A stretch of 64,000 nt of DNA. It comes from an uncultured cyanobacterium (GTDB taxonomy: Bacteria > Cyanobacteriota > Cyanobacteriia > Phormidesmidales > Phormidesmidaceae). Location of the stretch: positions 288,001-352,000 of the forward strand of contig CAWBZI010000002.1 of the NCBI GenBank assembly GCA_963793265.1. The letters are read 5' to 3'. Positions 1 through 10,157 of this stretch are shown one piece after another (position 1 is the stretch's first letter; each line of letters starts with the position of its first letter). The notes below the pieces were generated by a model. It saw only the letters and a program-made list of their open reading frames with translations, was not told the origin of the DNA and did no database searches. Both the position numbers and the translations under genes were made by a program.

Positions 1-2
1 AA

Positions 3-3000
3 GGCTCCCAGTATTTCAACATGGGAAAGCAGCTTTACGAAACCCAACTCACCTTTAAGCAAGCCCTCGACCGCTGCGATGAAATCCTACAGCCGTTGCT
101 GAGAAAATCCCTACTGTCAGTTCTCTATGCGTCTGCCTCAGATTCTCTATTAGACCAAACCGCCTACACTCAACCCGCAATTTTTGCAGTTGAATACGCC
201 TTGGCGCAGCTTTGGAAATCTTGGGGCATCACACCCGATGTCGTTTTAGGTCATAGCGTGGGTGAGTATGCCGCCGCTTGCGTATCAGGCGTATTTAGCT
301 TAGAAGACGGCCTGACGTTAATCGCGGCTCGGAGCAAGTTGATGCAGGCTTTGCCCGCTGGTGGCGAGATGCTTTCTTTATTAGCGACGGTTGAGGATGT
401 GAGAAAGTGGATTGAGCCTTATGAAGGAGAGGTTGCGATCGCTGCTATTAATGGCCCCAAGAGCGTGGTAATTTCTGGCGTGGGAGAAGCGGTGAGTGCG
501 ATCGCTCAATCCTTACAGGCTAAAGGTATTAAGACCCAAAAACTCACGGTTTCTCATGCCTTTCATTCGCCGCTGATGGAGCCGATGTTGGGAGAGTTTA
601 ATGCGATCGCCCAACAAATCACATATAGCCTACCTAAAACGCCCTTCGTTTCCTGCGTTACTGGCAAGTTTATCACTGATGAAATTGCCACGTCTCAATA
701 CTGGGTTCGCCACGTACAGCAACCTGTTAACTTTGCTAAAGGCATCGCCACCCTACAGGCAAAAGACTACCGCATCTATTTAGAAATCGGGCCTAAGCCG
801 TTACTACTCGGCATGGCAAAGCAGTGTCTTCCATCCAACACCGAGATTCTTTGCTTACCCAGCCTCAGAGCAGAATCGTCTAGTCAAGGTGACTGGTATC
901 AGATACTTCAAACCCTCAGTCACTTATACATTAACGGCCTCGCTATTGAATGGAAGAAATTCGATCAAGACTATCCACGACAGAAAGTATCGCTGCCGAC
1001 TTATCCTTTTCAAAGACAGCGATACTGGTCTGAGAACAAATCTCAGCCGCAGATATCCCAACAGCTCAGCATCTCGACTGTCGGCTCCAACCATCCCCTC
1101 CTCGGACAGCAGTTTCAATCCCCCGTTTCCCCCACTCAATTTCAAGCTCAGCTCAGCCCTCAACAGCCTAGCTATCTGACGCATCATCGCGTATTCAGTC
1201 AGGCCATATTGCCAGCCGCCGCTTATCTAGAAACGGCCTTAGCAGCAGGCGTGACAAAACATGATTTTCCTATATCCCTGACAGACGTAGCTATTCAGCG
1301 AGGACTAATTCTACAAGAGGATAATCCGATAACGGTTCAAACCGTACTTGAGCCAGTAGAAAACGACGCTCATACATTTAAAGTATTTAGCCTAGCGCCT
1401 GCATCTAGCGACAAAGCGGCTCAATGGACACGCCATGCCGAAGGGAAAATACAACAAACTAAAAACAGCAGGCCGCTACCGATTGATTTAGAAGTCTGTA
1501 AAGCTAATTTTCTTCAGCAGGTTCCTGTCCAAGAGTATTATCAAAAGCTGCATCAGCAAGGCTTAGAATATGGCGCAGATTTTCAAGCGATTCAACAGCT
1601 ATGGGCTGCACCGAATCAGGCATTTGGAAAGATTGAACTGCCTACAACACTAGCAATTGAACCCTATCAAGTACATCCTGTATTGTTAGATGCCAGCTTT
1701 CAAATATTAGCTGCTGCGATTGGTGAAGTCCACGGATCAGAGACGTACTTACCCGCAGGCATAGAGCGAATCAGCCTGTACGACAAGGTTCCAGAAAGCC
1801 TCTGGGCGATTGGCTCGATATTACCTTCAGCAGAAAACGCTAGGCAACTTACCGCTGATGTAAAGCTGCTTGACGCTACCGGAGCCCTTATCGCTCACGT
1901 AGAAGGGCTGACGCTCAATCGCATCAATCGAGAGGTTTTACTGCGCTACCTTCAACCAGAAACTCCGCCTGCTTTGTACGCGGTGCAGTGGGAAAAGTCG
2001 TCTTTACCGCCCGCGCCTATTCTGCCAGTCACCGCTCAAACCTGGCTTATCTTTTCCTCTGATGCCGACAGCGTTAGCACACCACTTATAGAGGATCTTC
2101 AACAGCAAAACCATAGATGTATTCTTGTTTCTCCTGGCGAAACCTATCAGCAAATCGATGATCAGCACTATCTCATTAATTCAGCTAATCCAGAAGACTT
2201 TCAACAGTTGATTAGCACTGTTTTATCTGAGGACAATAGTTTGCAAGGCGTTGTTTGCCTATCTTTAGATTGTGTAGGCATTCTGCACCTTGTACAGACC
2301 GTTGTTGAGTCTAAAACGAAAACCTCTTTATGGCTATTGACGCAGGGTACGCAAAGTATACATACGATTAGCGCAGCGCCCCTTCAGTTTCAGCAAGCGT
2401 CGATTTGGGGCTTAGGGCGAGTGATTGCTTTAGAGCATCCTGAGCTAAGCTGTCGGCGCATTGATTGGGCGGAAGGTGAAAAGGTATCGCAGTTAGTAGA
2501 AGAGTTGTTGGTCGCTGACGTGGAAGATCAGATTGCCTATCGGGGGGGCGATCGCTACATCCCCCGACTCACGCCCTACAGCAAAGCCAAAAGCAGCTTT
2601 CTCCCAATCCCCGCAGGTCAATCCTTTCAGCTCAAGCTCACTGAGTATGGCCTAATAGATAATCTTGAGCTTCAGTCGGTGCAGAGGCGATCGCCTGCCC
2701 CCCAAGAAGTTGAAATTCAGGTCGCCGCCGCCGGACTTAACTTTAGAGACGTACTTAACACCCTGGGCCTGCTCAAAGACTACTATGCCACCCATCTTGG
2801 CATCACACACGCCAACCAGCTCACATTTGGCTTTGAATGCGCGGGCACCATCGTAGCTATTGGCGAGCAAGTCTCTCACCTCGAAGTCGGTGATGAAGTC
2901 ATTGCCACCATGCTTACCGATGGCGTGAGTCGATTCGTTACCACCCGCTCAGAATTCGTCATTCCTAAGCCCCAACAAATCACCTTTGCAGAAGCTGCCA

Positions 3001-4766
3001 CCTTGCCGCTTGCCTTCCTAACCGCCTACTACGGCCTTCACCATCTCGCCAAACTTCAGCCAGGCGACAAAGTTCTCATCCACTCAGCAGCCGGTGGCGT
3101 AGGTCAGGCCGCCGTACAAATTGCCCAAAAGGTAGGCGCTGAGATCTTCGCGACTGCCAGCCCGAGTAAATGGGACTTTCTCAAAGCTCAGGGCATTAGT
3201 CACGTTATGAACTCTCGTAGCTTAGACTTTGCTGACGAAATCGCGGAAACAACTGAGGGGAAAGGTGTCGATGTGGTTCTTAACAGCTTAAATGGTGACT
3301 TTATCGATAAAAGCTTTGAAGTACTATCTGATGAAGGTCGCTTTGTTGAGCTAGGGAAAATCGGTATCTGGAATGAAGAGAAGGTGCAGCAAGCCTACCC
3401 TCAAGCCCAATACTTTCCGTTTGACTTAGGCGAAGTAACCCGAGAAGATCCTGCCTTTATCCGCGACGTATGGAACGAGCTAAGCGACGCTTTCAACCAG
3501 GAGCACTTCCATCCGCTTCCTATTAAAACCTTTCCCATTCAAAATAGCGTCTCAGCCTTTCGCCATATGCAGCAGGCAAAGCACATTGGCAAAGTTGTTC
3601 TCACGCTACCTGCTACCGTTCCCGCCAATATTTCTATCAATGGCGACAGCACTTACTTAATCACAGGCGGGCTCGGTGCTTTGGGCCTACAGGTCGCTGA
3701 ATGGATTGCGAGTCAGGGCGGTGAGCATATTGTTCTAGTGGGGAGGCGATCGCCCAGCGAGCAAGCCCAAGCAACAATTAGCCAGCTAGAAGAGTTGGGA
3801 ATTGAAGTGCTAGTCATCTTAGGAGACATTTCACAGCAACAGTCGGTCGAAGAAATATTTGAGCAGCTAGCCGAAGCAGACGTACCACCACTCAAAGGTA
3901 TTATTCACGCGGCAGGCATTCTCGAAGACGGCTTACTATCGCAGCTCACAGCGCCACAGTTTGAAAAAGTATTTGCGCCTAAAGTCGCGGGCACCTGGCA
4001 CCTACATCAGGCTTGTCAGTCGCTGTCGCTGGACTTCTTTGTTTGTTTCTCTTCTATCGCGTCTCTGATCGGTTCACCCGGCCAAGCCAACTACGCCGCC
4101 GCCAATGCCTATATGGACGCGCTCATGCAGCACCGTCAAGCACAAGGTTTACCTGGACTGAGCATTAACTGGGGGCCGTGGGCAAATGCAGGCATGGCCG
4201 CACAGCTAGAGGCGATCGCGCAAGATCGTCTGAGCGCTCGGGGCGTTACCCCCATTCAGGCCGAGCAAGGATTGAAGCTATTAGGAGAGCTGCTAAGACA
4301 AGAAATCGCTCAGGTCGGTGTGTTCTCAATCGATTGGCCTAAATTTAGTGCGCAGTTGCCGCCCGGTGTGACGCTACCTATGCTGGCGTCGTTTAAGACC
4401 GTGGTGGTTGATGAAAATAGGCGCGATCGCCTCCAGGGTCTAGAAAAGTTAAAGCAGGTTCCGGCTCGCGATCGCCGCCACCATCTCATGCGACACATCC
4501 AAACCGAAATCGCTGACGTACTAGGCTACGACTCACCCGACGAAATCGCTCTAAACCAGCCCCTCGGAGACTTGGGCGTAGACTCCCTGATGGCCGTCGA
4601 ACTTGCCAATCAGCTTGAATACAACCTCGGCCCCACCATCCCAGCGAGCTTCCTATTCGAGCATCCTACGCTACAAGGCTTAGTCGGTTATCTAATCGAA
4701 CAAATGCCAGACGTTGAGTTTCTAGAAAACGAGCCTACAACAGATACACCCATAGCAGACCGCTAA
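3..4766 (+). CDS. Type I polyketide synthase, partial at 5' end (AT-DH-ER-KR-ACP)
   Basis: Frame is open from the window edge (GSQYFNMG, start of AT). Motifs: AT GHSVG and HAFHS (malonyl type); DH HPLLG...[10 protein letters not shown] and HPVLLDA; ER LNFRDV and [20 protein letters not shown] and [17 protein letters not shown]. No thioesterase follows the ACP. Confidence 0.95.
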   Translation, partial: GSQYFNMGKQLYETQLTFKQALDRCDEILQPLLRKSLLSVLYASASDSLLDQTAYTQPAIFAVEYALAQLWKSWGITPDVVLGHSVGEYAAACVSGVFSLEDGLTLIAARSKLMQALPAGGEMLSLLATVEDVRKWIEPYEGEVAIAAINGPKSVVISGVGEAVSAIAQSLQAKGIKTQKLTVSHAFHSPLMEPMLGEFNAIAQQITYSLPKTPFVSCVTGKFITDEIATSQYWVRHVQQPVNFAKGIATLQAKDYRIYLEIGPKPLLLGMAKQCLPSNTEILCLPSLRAESSSQGDWYQILQTLSHLYINGLAIEWKKFDQDYPRQKVSLPTYPFQRQRYWSENKSQPQISQQLSISTVGSNHPLLGQQFQSPVSPTQFQAQLSPQQPSYLTHHRVFSQAILPAAAYLETALAAGVTKHDFPISLTDVAIQRGLILQEDNPITVQTVLEPVENDAHTFKVFSLAPASSDKAAQWTRHAEGKIQQTKNSRPLPIDLEVCKANFLQQVPVQEYYQKLHQQGLEYGADFQAIQQLWAAPNQAFGKIELPTTLAIEPYQVHPVLLDASFQILAAAIGEVHGSETYLPAGIERISLYDKVPESLWAIGSILPSAENARQLTADVKLLDATGALIAHVEGLTLNRINREVLLRYLQPETPPALYAVQWEKSSLPPAPILPVTAQTWLIFSSDADSVSTPLIEDLQQQNHRCILVSPGETYQQIDDQHYLINSANPEDFQQLISTVLSEDNSLQGVVCLSLDCVGILHLVQTVVESKTKTSLWLLTQGTQSIHTISAAPLQFQQASIWGLGRVIALEHPELSCRRIDWAEGEKVSQLVEELLVADVEDQIAYRGGDRYIPRLTPYSKAKSSFLPIPAGQSFQLKLTEYGLIDNLELQSVQRRSPAPQEVEIQVAAAGLNFRDVLNTLGLLKDYYATHLGITHANQLTFGFECAGTIVAIGEQVSHLEVGDEVIATMLTDGVSRFVTTRSEFVIPKPQQITFAEAATLPLAFLTAYYGLHHLAKLQPGDKVLIHSAAGGVGQAAVQIAQKVGAEIFATASPSKWDFLKAQGISHVMNSRSLDFADEIAETTEGKGVDVVLNSLNGDFIDKSFEVLSDEGRFVELGKIGIWNEEKVQQAYPQAQYFPFDLGEVTREDPAFIRDVWNELSDAFNQEHFHPLPIKTFPIQNSVSAFRHMQQAKHIGKVVLTLPATVPANISINGDSTYLITGGLGALGLQVAEWIASQGGEHIVLVGRRSPSEQAQATISQLEELGIEVLVILGDISQQQSVEEIFEQLAEADVPPLKGIIHAAGILEDGLLSQLTAPQFEKVFAPKVAGTWHLHQACQSLSLDFFVCFSSIASLIGSPGQANYAAANAYMDALMQHRQAQGLPGLSINWGPWANAGMAAQLEAIAQDRLSARGVTPIQAEQGLKLLGELLRQEIAQVGVFSIDWPKFSAQLPPGVTLPMLASFKTVVVDENRRDRLQGLEKLKQVPARDRRHHLMRHIQTEIADVLGYDSPDEIALNQPLGDLGVDSLMAVELANQLEYNLGPTIPASFLFEHPTLQGLVGYLIEQMPDVEFLENEPTTDTPIADR

Positions 4767-4777
4767 CCTATCTTCTC

Positions 4778-5506
4778 ATGAAACTCTCTGTCGTCATTCC
4801 TGTTTACAACGAAATAAATACGATTGACGCTGTTCTAAAAATGGTGGCTAAGGCTTTACCTGACGTGCTAAAGGAGATTGTTATCGTTGACGACTTTTCC
4901 ACCGACGGCACCCGAGAATGGCTTGTCATTCAAAGCTCAAAGGAATGGATGGACTTTCTAGAGTATCCCTCTCTCAGTGGGGTAAATCTGTTGCTACAGC
5001 CACAAAATAGAGGGAAGGGTGCCGCCCTACGCGAAGGATTCAGCGCTGCAACGGGTGATGTCATTATCATTCAGGACGCCGATCTTGAATATGATCCTGA
5101 TGACTGGGCCGACATGTGGAAGCTCATTGCTGAAGACAAAGCAGATGTAGTCTATGGCTCTCGCTTCTATGGCAAGCCGCACCGTGTTCTCTATTTCCAT
5201 CATTCTCTCGGCAACAAAACTATTTCAACGCTGCTGAATGTTATCTGCAACACAACACTTTCTGATGTAGAAGTTTGTTATAAAATGTTTCGTAAACAAG
5301 TGCTCAAAGATATTGAGCTAACTTGTGATGGCTTTGGATTTGAGGTTGAGTTTTCGGTAAAAGTGGCGCGATCGCCGCATAGATGGCGGCTTTACGAAGT
5401 AGCCGTAGCCTATTACGGGCGTACCTACGAAGAAGGTAAAAAAATAAGCTGGAAAGATGGCGTTAAGGCGCTTTGGCTCATTGTTTGGTTTGCAATAAGA
5501 ACGTAG
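4778..5506 (+). CDS. Glycosyltransferase family 2, polyprenol-phosphate glycosyltransferase (DPM1-like)
   Basis: Motifs [50 protein letters not shown]; starts 11 bp after the PKS stop. Confidence 0.9.
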   Translation: MKLSVVIPVYNEINTIDAVLKMVAKALPDVLKEIVIVDDFSTDGTREWLVIQSSKEWMDFLEYPSLSGVNLLLQPQNRGKGAALREGFSAATGDVIIIQDADLEYDPDDWADMWKLIAEDKADVVYGSRFYGKPHRVLYFHHSLGNKTISTLLNVICNTTLSDVEVCYKMFRKQVLKDIELTCDGFGFEVEFSVKVARSPHRWRLYEVAVAYYGRTYEEGKKISWKDGVKALWLIVWFAIRT

Positions 5507-5563
5507 ATGATCGCTACGAATAAGACATACTTTGCATATTGTGAGTTGACGGAGGCTAGTTCA

Positions 5564-5804
5564 TAAAAGCTCAAGTAGATCAATGGGTAACTCTCTTGCC
5601 GTCCGAATTCCAAAGCACATCGTTCAAGCACTCAACCTTCAAGCCAACGATGCCATAGAATTTAGTGTAGTAGAGGGAAAGGCTGTCATAAAGCCCATTC
5701 GCATATTGCCTGAGTTTACGCTGGATGAACTGTTGGAACAGATCGTAGAAACGCCGGAGGCGGAAGTTAGTTGAGATCAACCTGTTGGTGAGAAAGTTTG
5801 ATAA
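5564..5804 (+). pseudogene. mazE: MazE/AbrB-family antitoxin, degraded
   Basis: GNSLAVRIPK...FTLDELL is MazE-like. After an RBS (GGAGG) the start reads ATA-AAA-GCT-CAA-GTA-GAT-CAA-TGG, then a 1-nt frameshift into GNSLAVR. The tail EVS*DQPVGEKV* has TGA where Trp is usual. Confidence 0.75.
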
Positions 5805-5886
5805 GTGTATATTCCTCAACGAGGCGATTTCATCTGGCTCAAATTCGATCCTCAATCTGGCCATGAACAGAATCGACACAGGCCGC
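5805..5886 (+). pseudogene. mazF: MazF/PemK toxin N-terminal fragment, truncated
   Basis: GTG-YIPQRGDFIWLKFDPQSGHEQNRHRP matches the MazF N-terminus; similarity ends where the transposase remnant begins. Confidence 0.8.
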
Positions 5887-6369
5887 GTCAACATAGTGTT
5901 CTTTCGGCGGTAGCTGCTTAGCAATTAGCGCGTCGTGAATGCTCTCGATACACTGTGATTCGTGACGCAGCGCATCTGTGGTCATCACCTGCGTAATCAA
6001 GTGAACGCTCTTGTCATCACAGGTTTCACTCAGGTGCGTGCGGTAGCCCGCCCAGCTAATGCCCTGGCGGCGACAGTAGCGCGCTTCGGTATCGTAGGGC
6101 GATGCGATATGAGGCGTCTGAACATTTAGCTCTCGACTGCTTTTCCAACGCAGGCAGCTGACAGCTTCCCCTTCGACGTAGCTGTAGTGATACTGCTACA
6201 GACCAGCGAGCGTTTGAACGCTGTCTAACGCCTGCCCTTCTGTCGCTACCTCCGAGCTGGCTAAGCACTTCAGTAAGGTGTCGCCGTCTTCGCCAATCTT
6301 AAAGGCGGCTTTGGCGGTGCGCCGTGTATTGGCAGGAACTGTGCGATGCGGTTTAGAACTCAAGGACAT
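5883..6369 (-). mobile_element. IS1182-family-like transposase remnant (internal deletion, in-frame stop, truncated)
   Basis: My minus-strand translation: MSLSSKPHRTVPANTRRTAKAAFK joined to IGEDG...VQTLAGL*QYHY...SPYDTEARYCRRQGISWAGYRTHLSETCDDKSVHLITQVMTT...EHYVDA. It is absent from the ORF track; family assigned from remembered motifs. Confidence 0.75.
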
Positions 6370-6493
6370 CGGCAATCTGACAGGTTAGCGGTTAGCGAAC
6401 TGGCAAGTCAGCGCTTCGCGATCTCGCTTCCTGTTAGCGATACATCAGCTACAGTTCTATGATTGTTGAAATGAATACCATCTTGTCTGCGGA

Positions 6494-7078
6494 TTAGGGT
6501 CGAATACCTTGCCAAAGACTTTCAATAATATCTTCTATATAGTCTTTAGGCTCTGGTAACGGCGCGGACAATTGGCTCAGAAATACGTAGCTTATACAGC
6601 TACCCATAAATTGCAGTGCAACCGTCCGAGGATCCACTGCTTTCATTCTTCCTAGCTTCATTTCTATTTTGAAAAAAAGAACAAGTGCCTTTAAATTTTG
6701 GATAGGTGGTGTACCTTCAGATTTAACCATGTCGGCGGGTGTGGTCAAACCTTTGGACATCAGCATGATGAGCTTTGGCATATGTTCCTGAAAATACTCA
6801 ATCACTTGCAGACTAATTAGCTTAAGATTTTCCTTGAGGTTTCCTTTTCCGACTAAAGACTTCAGTGAGGATCGCCACAAAGGAACACCAGGTAGTCCCA
6901 TCGCTTTGAGAAATAAATTTTCTTTCGTAGAGAATCGCTTGAAAATTGATGCTTCAGAAATACCTGCTCGCCTTGCGATATCGACTGTTGATGCGCCAAA
7001 TCCTTGCTCTAGAAACACCGCTAGCGCCGCATCTAAAATTTGTTTATCGGTAATTTTACGTGTTCTAGCCATATTCAC
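6494..7078 (-). CDS. TetR/AcrR family transcriptional regulator
   Basis: N-terminal HTH ILDAALAVFLEQGFGASTVDIARRAGISEASIFKRFSTKENLF. Confidence 0.93.
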   Translation of the reverse strand: MNMARTRKITDKQILDAALAVFLEQGFGASTVDIARRAGISEASIFKRFSTKENLFLKAMGLPGVPLWRSSLKSLVGKGNLKENLKLISLQVIEYFQEHMPKLIMLMSKGLTTPADMVKSEGTPPIQNLKALVLFFKIEMKLGRMKAVDPRTVALQFMGSCISYVFLSQLSAPLPEPKDYIEDIIESLWQGIRP

Positions 7079-7233
7079 GAGCAGACGTTTTTCTCACTAG
7101 TAAGAACATCTAATATATTTAGAGTCCTTATGTCTCACTGTATAGGATGATTTCGCTCAAAGGTAGAGCCGGTCGGTAATGGGTCAGTCGCTCGTAAGCC
7201 TACTAGCCACTATTGAAATGTTGACCAAGGGGG

Positions 7234-7283
7234 TTGACGCTGTAGAAATTTGCGCTATTAATAAGTAAGTAATTACTTATTAA
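7234..7283 (+). promoter_or_regulatory. Sigma70-type promoter with overlapping palindromic operator (probably TetR)
   Basis: TTGACG at 7234, TATTAA at 7256; perfect inverted repeat TTAATAAGTAA-gtaa-TTACTTATTAA at 7258-7283. Confidence 0.7.
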
Positions 7284-7341
7284 ACGCTGCGTGCCATGTC
7301 CAACCGATTAATAGTTTGATTACAAATTAGGGGATTGACTC

Positions 7342-7818
7342 ATGAGAATGACCATTTTTAATTCAAAGCTGCTTGTTGTAGGTATGCTGGCAATCGGGTT
7401 GTCTACGCTTAGTGAAAGATCCGCTCATGCTTTTTCTAACGCCGTATCCACATCAGAAGCAGCCTTGAATCAGTCTGATTTCGACGCTCAGATGCTGGCT
7501 CAGTTTCCGAGAGGTGGTTCTTTTCCTATGAGGAATGACCCCTTTTCAGATCGTCTGCGCAATGGTCGCAATAGCCGCGATGAGTGGGAAGATCGGCGTG
7601 AAGACTTCGAAGACGAACGGGAAGATCGGCGTGAAGACTTTAGGGATGAGCTTGAGGACTGCCGTGATGAAGACGGTGACGATCGGCGTGAGTGCCTTGA
7701 AGACCTCAGTGACGATTTTGAAGATAGCTCAGTGCGTGAGTCCAGTCCTTTTGGCGATCGCAGCTCGCGCGGAGGGGCTTTTCTCTTTCGGAAGGAATCT
7801 CCGAAACCTTCTCTCTGA
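7342..7818 (+). CDS. Hypothetical secreted protein with acidic R/E/D repeats
   Basis: RBS-like AGGGGA upstream; signal-peptide-like N-terminus ending AHA; EDRREDF repeated, then two Cys. Confidence 0.6.
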   Translation: MRMTIFNSKLLVVGMLAIGLSTLSERSAHAFSNAVSTSEAALNQSDFDAQMLAQFPRGGSFPMRNDPFSDRLRNGRNSRDEWEDRREDFEDEREDRREDFRDELEDCRDEDGDDRRECLEDLSDDFEDSSVRESSPFGDRSSRGGAFLFRKESPKPSL

Positions 7819-7870
7819 GGTTCTAGAGATGTATCAAAGAAAAATAGTTGAAAAATAACTACGATATATC

Positions 7871-7963
7871 ACTCCGGCAATTAAATAGATCCGAGAGGAT
7901 CGCTGTGCAAGCCTTATAAAAAGGAATTTTCCTAAATCTTTTCGCCTATTTAGACGCCGGAGT
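7871..7963. mobile_element. Small MITE-like element bounded by imperfect 18-bp inverted repeats
   Basis: Left ACTCCGGCAATTAAATAG (7871-7888); right reverse complement ACTCCGGCGTCTAAATAG (7946-7963); 15/18 match; noncoding interior. Confidence 0.45.
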
Positions 7964-8074
7964 CATACATAGAAACAGCAACTAACAGTATCGACAGGGG
8001 TCTTGATCGCAGCATCATTAGTGTTTGTAAGTGCTGGAATCTTTCAGAAAGTAAATTCGATCACTAGGCGATGT

Positions 8075-8442
8075 AGTTATGGCAGACGAGGGCTAGCGAG
8101 TAGCCGCGGGCCAGACGTTAGCAAGATTAGATATTCGGAATTTAGAGACGCAGCGACTTCAGGTTGAGGCGCAAAAGGCGCAGGCGATCGCCCGACTTAC
8201 CGAGCTGCAAAATGGTGCTAGAGCAGAAGATATTGCAGCCGCTGAAGCTGCGGTAAGAGATTTAGAGCAGCAGCTCACCCTACAAAGAACGCAGGAGCAG
8301 CGCCGAGAGTACCTTTATGAGAGAGGCGCGATCGCCAGAGAGCAGCTAGATGAATTTGCCTTCGGTGCTAATTCACTACAAGCTAAGCTAGAACAGGCTC
8401 GAAGCCGCCTAGAAGAGCTGCGTAACGGCACTCGCTTTGAGC
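8075..8442 (+). pseudogene. 368-bp duplicated internal fragment of the RND adaptor gene (copy of 13692-14059)
   Basis: Colinear with 13692-14059, no gaps, about 10 substitutions including CAG>TAG. Confidence 0.93.
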
Positions 8443-8450
8443 TAGCAATG

Positions 8451-8501
8451 TTGACTATATCTATTGAGTGAGCTATTAATGAGTGAGCAGTCACTCATTA
8501 A
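8451..8501 (+). promoter_or_regulatory. Promoter of the ABC efflux operon with palindromic operator
   Basis: TTGACT (8451), 17 bp, TATTAA (8474); perfect inverted repeat TTAATGAGTGA-gcag-TCACTCATTAA at 8476-8501. Confidence 0.75.
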
Positions 8502-8560
8502 CTATTTGCCTACGCGGTTACTCCGTATTAAGTCACCTTCACGGTTCACAAACTGATTCG

Positions 8561-10048
8561 ATGAAAGAAAATCAAATTTCTGACGTTTTGAACATTCGAG
8601 CTTCGCTGTCTAAGGTTGCCTTTTCACGCCGATGGCTCTGGGGCTTTCTGTCTGTATTCTTGCTGCTGACCTTAGGATTTGGCAGAAATCTGTTGACTAG
8701 CCGTCGTTCATCAGACTCTGATACGCTCACTCGACAAGTGGAGAGAGCAACGGTTCCGGTAGTCATCACTGCTAATGGCACGGTAGAAGCAGAACGCGCT
8801 ATCAACTTAAGCCCCAAAAATTCGGGTGTTGTGGAAACACTACTGGTGGAAGAGGGCGATCGCGTCACCCAAGGCCAAGTTGTTGCCCTCATGGACGACT
8901 CAAACCTGCGGGGCGAACTCCTTCAGGTACAAGGGCAGCTGGCACAACAGAAAGCAAACTTAGAACGGATAATAGCAGGCGATCGCCCCGAAGATATTGC
9001 CCGAGCCGAAGCTCAACTGGCTGAAGCCGAAGCCAACCTGCGAGAACTCCGCTCGGGCAACCGCAACCAAGAAATTTCGCAGGCCGAAGCGCGGTTGCAG
9101 CGGGCGCGCACAACCCTACAGCAGCGAGAAACCAACCTACAGCGCTACGAATCTCTTTTTAGCGCAGGTGCCATCTCACGAGAAGACGTCGAACAAAGAA
9201 GAGTTGATCGCGATGTGGCTATTGCTGACGTTAGAGAAGCTGAAGAAGCGCTGTCTCTCACTAATGCGGGTAGCCGTGATGAACAAATCGCGCAAGCTGA
9301 GGCTCGCGTAGAGCAGCAGCGGCAAAGTGTTGCCGCGATAAAATCTGGTAATCGCCCAGAAGATATCGAGCAGGCGCGCGCACAGGTACTTTCGGCTGAA
9401 GGGACACTGCAAACGACAGAAGCGAGACTTCAAGACACCGAAATCAGAGCCCCTTTCGACGGGGTGGTCAATCAAATTTACGCTGAGCTAGGGGCCTTTG
9501 TGAGTCCTTCGGTGTCGGGTGGTAATACAGAATCGGCTTCATCGTCGTCTATCCTACAGCTTTCAAGCGATCGCAACGAAGTAGTGGTCAATCTTCCCGA
9601 GGCGCAAATTGCTAAGGTTGAAGTGGGGCAGCCTGTTGTTATTCAAGCCGATGCTTTTTCTGGTGAAACCTTCACAGGACAGGTATCACAGATAGCGGCT
9701 CAGGCAAGTGTCAGTCAAAATGTCACCAGCTTTGAAGTAAGGCTTTCGCTGGATTTGCCTGAAGCCGAAAAGCTGAGAGTCGGCATGAATGTGGAAGCTC
9801 AGTTTGAGGTAGGCCAAATAGAAAATGCGCTGCTAGTGCCTAACGCCGCTGTTGTTAAAGGGCCAGAAGGTGAGGGCGTGTATGTGTTAGAGGGCGATGA
9901 GCCTGTGTTTCAATCCATTCAGTCTGGAGAGACTGTTCAAGGTCAAACGGAAGTAATTTCTGGGCTTGATGGCGACGAGCAAGTTCTAATCTCACCGCCT
10001 TCAGAAGCAGAATCTCCTGGCGGCTTTCAGCTTCCTTCTCCACCATAA
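8561..10048 (+). CDS. Efflux periplasmic adaptor (MacA/HlyD family)
   Basis: N-terminal TM, lipoyl halves (LLVEEGDRVTQGQVVA, IRAPFDGVV), long coiled coil. ATG 8561 chosen because the ORF-track GTG at 8483 lies inside the operator. Confidence 0.9.
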   Translation: MKENQISDVLNIRASLSKVAFSRRWLWGFLSVFLLLTLGFGRNLLTSRRSSDSDTLTRQVERATVPVVITANGTVEAERAINLSPKNSGVVETLLVEEGDRVTQGQVVALMDDSNLRGELLQVQGQLAQQKANLERIIAGDRPEDIARAEAQLAEAEANLRELRSGNRNQEISQAEARLQRARTTLQQRETNLQRYESLFSAGAISREDVEQRRVDRDVAIADVREAEEALSLTNAGSRDEQIAQAEARVEQQRQSVAAIKSGNRPEDIEQARAQVLSAEGTLQTTEARLQDTEIRAPFDGVVNQIYAELGAFVSPSVSGGNTESASSSSILQLSSDRNEVVVNLPEAQIAKVEVGQPVVIQADAFSGETFTGQVSQIAAQASVSQNVTSFEVRLSLDLPEAEKLRVGMNVEAQFEVGQIENALLVPNAAVVKGPEGEGVYVLEGDEPVFQSIQSGETVQGQTEVISGLDGDEQVLISPPSEAESPGGFQLPSPP

Positions 10049-10157
10049 AATTCGTCTAAAAACATTCACACTCAAGATTCACACTCAATATTCACGCTGC
10101 GTTCAGCGCGACTTTCAACGATGCTCACTCTCAGCAAGCACAATCAACGACAAGGTT

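Noticed and set aside
5580..5924. 114-aa minus-strand ORF
   Set aside because: Antisense to the mazEF remnants and runs into the IS relic; no recognisable motifs.
6056..6268. 70-aa minus-strand ORF
   Set aside because: Alternative frame of the transposase relic; the transposase motifs are in another frame.
8483..8560. GTG-start extension of the ABC adaptor ORF
   Set aside because: Begins inside the operator palindrome; ATG 8561 is more plausible.
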